A stretch of 64,000 bases of DNA, taken from assembly GCA_029555085.1 (NCBI GenBank), contig JAKPTO010000026.1, forward strand, positions 63,435-127,434, in the 5' to 3' direction. Positions within the stretch are counted from its first letter, which is position 1. Every line of letters begins with the position of its first letter. Made by a program: the position numbers and the translations under genes. This document shows, piece after piece, positions 58,910 through 64,000 of this stretch. A model generated the notes under the pieces. That model was not told the DNA's origin and searched no databases. It saw nothing but the letters and a program-made list of their open reading frames with translations. This DNA comes from a bacterium. Its GTDB lineage: Bacteria; Patescibacteriota; Patescibacteriia; UBA1558; S5-K13.

Positions 58910-61723
58910 TTAAATTGTTGTTACAGAAGCAACTTTATCATCATTAAGTTTAAATCTCATTAGTCGCACTCCTTGTGTGTCTCTTCCAATGGTTGGAATA
59001 GCATTAAGCGCCAATCTTATAACCTGAGCACCTTCTGAAATTATTATAATATCTTTGTCTTTATTTGTTTCATCTTCTACGAAAGTCGAAACAATTGCTC
59101 CGGTTTTTTCTGTTATTTTTGCAGTTTTCACCCCCGAACCGCCACGTCCCTGAACTTTATATGCTTTGAGTGGGGTTTTTTTACCAAATCCGTTTTTCAT
59201 CACTATTACAATTTTATAACCATTTGTCTCACCATTTTCAATTACATCCATTCCAACAACTTCGTCTTTTGATTTTAGTCGAATTCCACGAACTCCAGCC
59301 GCAGACCTACCCATTGGACGAACATCTTTTTCTTTCATTCTTATTGATTGACCAAATTTTGTAACTAAAATTATATCATCCTTGCCACTCGTTGGTTTTA
59401 CCCAACGCAAAGCATCTCCGTCTTTTAATTTTATTGAAATAATTCCAGATCTTCTTACATTAGAATATTTTGCAAGTTCTGTTTTCTTTATAAGTCCATT
59501 TTTTGTAACAAATATTAAAAACTTCTTCGCTGATTGATCATTTGGAAACACTGCATTTACTTTTTCCTCTGGCGCAAGTTGTAAAAAGTTTACAATATTT
59601 TGTCCCTTCGCTTGTCTACTTGCTACTGGAATCTCGTATGCTTTTAATTGAAATACTCTTCCTCTGCTTGTGAAAAACAATAAATCTGAATGAGTAGTAC
59701 ATGAAAACAATTTATCAATTATGTCTTCTTCTTTTGTTGTTGATCCAATTACTCCCTTTCCACCCCTATTTTGAATTTGAAAAGTGTCAGAAGCCATTCT
59801 CTTGATATACCCATCTTGAGTCATAAGTATCACAACATCTTCTTTTGCTATTAAATCCTCAGTGGAAATTTCATCAATTTTTGATTTTACAATTTTCGTT
59901 CTTCTTTCGTCTCCAAATTTGACTTTCATTTCAATAAGTTCGTCTTTTATAATTTTCAAAACTTTCTTTGGATCTTTTAATATATCTGTTAACTCTTTGA
60001 TAATTTTTTTCTTTTCTTTTAATTCTTCTTCTAATCTTATTCTTTCTAAGTTGGCTAATTGCTGTAATTTCATCTCAAGAATTGCAATTGCCTGACGCTC
60101 TGATAATTTAAATTGTTTTATTAAATTTAATTTTGCAACATCTTTATCTTTTGATTGTTTAATTGTTTTTATAATCGCATCAATATGCTCAAGTGCCATA
60201 ACCAATCCTTCTAAAATATGGGCTCTATCTTTTGCCTTGTTTAAATCAAAAGTAACTCTACGGGTTACAACTTCTTGTCTATGTTTTACAAATTCAGATA
60301 ATATTGACTTAAGTGATAATAATTTTGGTTGGATTCCGTTCGTAAGAGCAACCATGTTAAAGTGAAATTTTTCTTGAAGTTGTGTGTATTTATATAAATT
60401 ATTTAAAACTTTCTTTGGATATGAATCATCCTTTAAGGAAATTACAATTCTTACACCGTCTTTATTTGATTCATCTCTTAAATCTGTAATTCCTTGAATT
60501 TTTTTATTTTTCACCAAATCTGCAATTTTTTCTACTAATGCTGATTTATTCACTTGATATGGAATTTCTGAAACTATAATTTTAAATCCCTTTTTACCTT
60601 CAACTATATCTGCTTTTGCGCGAACTACTACTCCGCCCTTTCCAGTAGAGTATGCGGATTTCATTTCTTTTATATCATAAGCAATTCCGCCAGTTGGAAA
60701 ATCTGGTCCTTTTATAAACTCCATTAATCCATCAGTGTCGGTTTCTGGATTATCAATTAAATGACATATTGCATCAACTAACTCGCCTAAATTATGTGGG
60801 GCAATACTTGTTGCCATCCCCACTGCAATTCCCATTGAACCATTTAAAAGTAAATTTGGGAGTTTCGCAGGAAGAACCATTGGTTCTTTTTGACTTCCAT
60901 CATAGTTTGGCATGAAGTCAACTGTTTCTTTCTCTATATCAAATAACATTTCCTCCGCTGTTTTTTGTAATTTTGCTTCTGTATAACGCATAGCAGCTGC
61001 ATTGTCACCATCCATTGAGCCAAAATTTCCCTGGCCATTTACAAGCGGATATCTCATAGAAAAATCCTGCGCCATTCTAACCATGGAATCATAAACTGCT
61101 GTATCTCCATGAGGATGGTATTTACCCAAAACCTCTCCAACGACTGTTGCGGATTTTCTAAATTTACCACCAGATCTAAGTCCTAATTTCCACATTGCAT
61201 AAAGAATCCTACGATGCACTGGTTTCATACCATCTCTAACATCAGGAAGCGCACGAGCTACAATAACACTCATAGCATAATCAAGATACGAGGTTTTCAT
61301 TTCCTCAACAAGTGGTTGATCTATAACATTTTTTTCATCAGGAGTTCTTACAATAACTGGTTTATTGTCTCCATTTAAATAATCTACTTCGTTATTTTCC
61401 AATGTTTGTTTTTTATCTTTTTTAACAACTTTTTCTTTCTCTTTGGGTATTTCCTGCATGTCTTGTTCTTTTAGAACCTTTTCTTTTTTTTCTACGAGTT
61501 CTTTAATTTCTTCTTCTATGAGTTTTTCCTTGTGTTTGGTTCTTGGTTTAACAAGCTTTTTAACAATTTTTGCTTCTGGTTTTTTTGCAACCTTAACAGA
61601 TTTCAATTTTTTAGTTTTTTGAATTTTTGGTACTACTTTTTTAGTTGATTTACCTTTATTTTCTTTCTTTTTTGGGGTAGTTTTTAATGGTTTTTTTACT
61701 ACCTTTTTTATTGTCCAAGCCAT
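58910..61723 (-). CDS. gyrA: DNA gyrase subunit A with Lys-rich N-terminal extension
   Basis: [37 protein letters not shown] and GyrA-box QNRGGKG. Confidence 0.97.
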   Translation of the reverse strand: MAWTIKKVVKKPLKTTPKKKENKGKSTKKVVPKIQKTKKLKSVKVAKKPEAKIVKKLVKPRTKHKEKLIEEEIKELVEKKEKVLKEQDMQEIPKEKEKVVKKDKKQTLENNEVDYLNGDNKPVIVRTPDEKNVIDQPLVEEMKTSYLDYAMSVIVARALPDVRDGMKPVHRRILYAMWKLGLRSGGKFRKSATVVGEVLGKYHPHGDTAVYDSMVRMAQDFSMRYPLVNGQGNFGSMDGDNAAAMRYTEAKLQKTAEEMLFDIEKETVDFMPNYDGSQKEPMVLPAKLPNLLLNGSMGIAVGMATSIAPHNLGELVDAICHLIDNPETDTDGLMEFIKGPDFPTGGIAYDIKEMKSAYSTGKGGVVVRAKADIVEGKKGFKIIVSEIPYQVNKSALVEKIADLVKNKKIQGITDLRDESNKDGVRIVISLKDDSYPKKVLNNLYKYTQLQEKFHFNMVALTNGIQPKLLSLKSILSEFVKHRQEVVTRRVTFDLNKAKDRAHILEGLVMALEHIDAIIKTIKQSKDKDVAKLNLIKQFKLSERQAIAILEMKLQQLANLERIRLEEELKEKKKIIKELTDILKDPKKVLKIIKDELIEMKVKFGDERRTKIVKSKIDEISTEDLIAKEDVVILMTQDGYIKRMASDTFQIQNRGGKGVIGSTTKEEDIIDKLFSCTTHSDLLFFTSRGRVFQLKAYEIPVASRQAKGQNIVNFLQLAPEEKVNAVFPNDQSAKKFLIFVTKNGLIKKTELAKYSNVRRSGIISIKLKDGDALRWVKPTSGKDDIILVTKFGQSIRMKEKDVRPMGRSAAGVRGIRLKSKDEVVGMDVIENGETNGYKIVIVMKNGFGKKTPLKAYKVQGRGGSGVKTAKITEKTGAIVSTFVEDETNKDKDIIIISEGAQVIRLALNAIPTIGRDTQGVRLMRFKLNDDKVASVTTI

Positions 61724-61869
61724 AATATTAGATCTATAAAATAAATAAAAAATGACTATTTCGTCACTATTATTTTACTAAAAAATAGGTAAAAAATCAA
61801 CTATTTTTTAAGAATAAAAAATAATAAAAAAAGCCACAAAAATAAGCTTTTTATTTGTTTTATTAAAAC

Positions 61870-62772
61870 CTATTTTAGTATTTTAAACAAAATTTCTCGG
61901 AGTTCTTCTTTTGAATAATAATCAATCACTATTGTCCCTTTGCCATTTTTATAATTCAATTTTACTTTTGTATTTAAATGTTCTTTTAACGAATCCTCCA
62001 TCGAAACAATATTCGGATCTTTTTCTAAAATTCTTTTATGAGATTTTACATTAATTTTTTTGAGCGCCCCACTTGTTTCACTCACATTTAAATTTTCTGA
62101 TAAAATTCTGTCTAATAGTACTTTTTGTTTTTTCTCATCATCAAGTGATAATAATAATTTAGCATGACCAAAAGTAATTTTATCATTATTTAAATATTTT
62201 TTAATTGATTCTGGCAAATTCCTAAGACGAAGTATGTTTGCAACCGACGAACGTGACTTACCAACTCTTTTCGCAACCTCCTCTTGGGTTAATTGAAATT
62301 CTTCCATCAATCTATAATATGCGTCTGACTCTTCGAGTAAGTGTAAATTTTGTCTTTGTATGTTTTCTATAATAGCGAGTTCTAATTTTTTTGAATCATC
62401 AATTTCTTTCACAATTCCTGGCACTTTAAATAATTTTAATATTTTTGCTGCTTTTAATCTACGCTCTCCTGCTATAAGTTCATAAAAATCCCCATTTTTT
62501 GTAACAATAATTGGCTGAAGTATTCCGTGTTCCCTAATTGAATTAACTAATTCCTCCAACTTGTTTTCATCAAAATTACTTCTTGGTTGATATGGATTTG
62601 ATTTAATTTTATTTATATCAATATTAATAACCCTATCTTTATCAGAAACATTTATTTCATCAGATACGGAAGAAACGCCTGAAAAATCTATATGTTGTTT
62701 TTTAATTTCTGATTTTTTTGGTATAAGAGAACCCAGTCCCCTTCCCAATCCATATTTAGAATTATTACTCAT
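61870..62772 (-). CDS. parB: Chromosome partitioning protein ParB/Spo0J
   Basis: LGRGLGSLI, NPYQPR, GILQPI, IAGERR, IENIQR and HTH. Confidence 0.96.
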   Translation of the reverse strand: MSNNSKYGLGRGLGSLIPKKSEIKKQHIDFSGVSSVSDEINVSDKDRVINIDINKIKSNPYQPRSNFDENKLEELVNSIREHGILQPIIVTKNGDFYELIAGERRLKAAKILKLFKVPGIVKEIDDSKKLELAIIENIQRQNLHLLEESDAYYRLMEEFQLTQEEVAKRVGKSRSSVANILRLRNLPESIKKYLNNDKITFGHAKLLLSLDDEKKQKVLLDRILSENLNVSETSGALKKINVKSHKRILEKDPNIVSMEDSLKEHLNTKVKLNYKNGKGTIVIDYYSKEELREILFKILK

Positions 62773-62792
62773 ATTATTATTTAATTTTTGTT

Positions 62793-63563
62793 TTATAAAA
62801 TATATGAATCAATTATTTCTCTTGCTAATCTTTCGTAAGCGCGACCACCGGGAGAATTTTTATCATATTCTAAAATTGTTTTTCCATGAGATGGTGCTTC
62901 AGCAAGACGAACACTTCTTGGTATTACTGTCCTAAAAATTTTATTAGGAAAATATTTATACAATTCATTAAAAACCTCTTCGCTTAATTTATTTCTCCTA
63001 TCATACATTGTTAAAACAGCGCCGAGTATATTTAATTTATCGTTTAAATTTTCTTGAATTAAATTAACAGTATTAAGCAACTGACCCAATCCCTCAAGAG
63101 CATAATATTCTGATTGAACGGGAATTAATACATTATCAGCTGCAGTTAGGGCGTTTATAGTTAAAAGTCCAAGAGACGGAGGACAATCAATTAATATAAA
63201 GTCATAAAAACTATAAACCTCCTTCAAATGATTCAATAAAACAAATTCTCTTTCACTTAAATTTACTAAATCAACTGTTGCGCCAGCTAAGTTTGGAGTT
63301 GCAGGCGCTAAATGTAAACCTTCTAAACTAGTTGCAAGTATTATATTTTTCAAATTTACTGGCCCCGGAATTAAAACTTCATACATTCCAGAATCTAGCT
63401 CTTTGTAATTTATACCCAATCCCGATGAAGCATTGCCCTGAGAATCCAAATCAACAATTAAAACTCTCTTTCCAAAATAAGCCAAATAAGCCGCGAGATT
63501 AATCGTGGTTGTTGTTTTTCCAACCCCACCCTTCTGATTTACAATTGCTATTACTTGTGACAT
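62793..63563 (-). CDS. parA: Chromosome partitioning ATPase ParA/Soj
   Basis: NQKGGVGKTTT, DLDSQGNAS, IDCPPSLG, EYYALEG and RLAEAPSHG. Start taken at MSQVIA. Confidence 0.97.
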   Translation of the reverse strand: MSQVIAIVNQKGGVGKTTTTINLAAYLAYFGKRVLIVDLDSQGNASSGLGINYKELDSGMYEVLIPGPVNLKNIILATSLEGLHLAPATPNLAGATVDLVNLSEREFVLLNHLKEVYSFYDFILIDCPPSLGLLTINALTAADNVLIPVQSEYYALEGLGQLLNTVNLIQENLNDKLNILGAVLTMYDRRNKLSEEVFNELYKYFPNKIFRTVIPRSVRLAEAPSHGKTILEYDKNSPGGRAYERLAREIIDSYIL

Positions 63564-63626
63564 ATACTTAATTATAGCAAAAAGAAAGATAATAATAAAA
63601 CAAAAAAACACCTACTGAAGTGTTTA

Positions 63627-63703
63627 TGGTAGCAGGGGCGAGGATCGAACTCGCGACCTCGGGCTTATGAGTCCCGCGCTCTAACCAACTGAGCTACCCT
63701 GCC
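63627..63703 (-). tRNA. tRNA-Met(CAT), probably elongator
   Basis: GGCAGGGTAGCTCAGTTGGTTAGAGCGCGGGACTCATAAGCCCGAGGTCGCGAGTTCGATCCTCGCCCCTGCTACCA. G2-C71 and C3-G70 favour Met over Ile2. Confidence 0.9.
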
Positions 63704-63739
63704 CTGCAAATAAAAAATATATATAAAGGTTATAAATTT

Positions 63740-63816
63740 TGGTAGCGGGGGCGGGATTTGAACCCACGACCTCCAGGTTATGGGCCTGGCGAGCTGCCGG
63801 ACTGCTCTACCCCGCG
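63740..63816 (-). tRNA. Initiator tRNA-fMet(CAT)
   Basis: CGCGGGGTAGAGCAGTCCGGCAGCTCGCCAGGCCCATAACCTGGAGGTCGTGGGTTCAAATCCCGCCCCCGCTACCA. Unpaired C1:72 and A11-U24. Confidence 0.92.
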
Positions 63817-64000
63817 TCGTTTTATAAGGATACACTAATTTACTATAAATTGCAACCCTCCGTTCTCTCTAAGGTCAAATGCGACATAGAAACAAATTCA
63901 TAGGGTGTTTTCATATTTAATGATAAGTGGGGTCTAACCTTATGATAATATTCAATATATTTATTAACTTTGTTTTGAACCATATCTAAATCTTCTTTTT

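Noticed and set aside
63843-63914. Short minus-strand ORF upstream of the tRNAs as an integrase remnant
   Set aside because: Only 23 codons with no recognisable motif, and no att duplication is visible.

Overview
A low-GC, gene-dense bacterial chromosome segment in standard code (TGA is used as a stop). The gene inventory and the scarcity of Shine-Dalgarno motifs point to a Patescibacteria/CPR (Parcubacteria-like) organism; this is an inference. The inventory includes a type IV minor-pilin cluster, a PrgI/VirB4/pilin cluster, DsbA paralogues, Elp3, a translin-like protein and repeat-rich surface proteins. Most of the window is housekeeping: lgt, gatCA, ligA, pilD, nth, recG, radA, glyA, folD, ychF, queA/queH, ruvB, gyrA, parAB and two CAT-anticodon tRNAs. 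The standout is a compact minus-strand operon at 24122-28421. It starts with an extended -10 promoter and a ~200-nt, strongly self-complementary leader closed by an 18-bp inverted repeat (retron a1/a2-like). Three overlapping genes follow: a divergent reverse transcriptase (IGDD in place of YADD, no retron VTG motif, no DGR or intron context), an ABC-exporter-like membrane ATPase with a degenerate NBD, and a membrane-anchored double-PLD protein. I do not recognise this arrangement as any described retron, DRT, DGR or intron type. Other items of note: a Trm9-like methyltransferase head-to-head with Elp3 (candidate mcm5U34 pathway), an M23-CBM protein with a T9SS/FlgD-type C-terminal domain, a dispersed 16-bp palindromic repeat, a relic duplicate of the queH 5' end, a Ser-less ACP-like protein and a non-canonical initiator tRNA. 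All calls come from motif recognition by eye; no searches were run.
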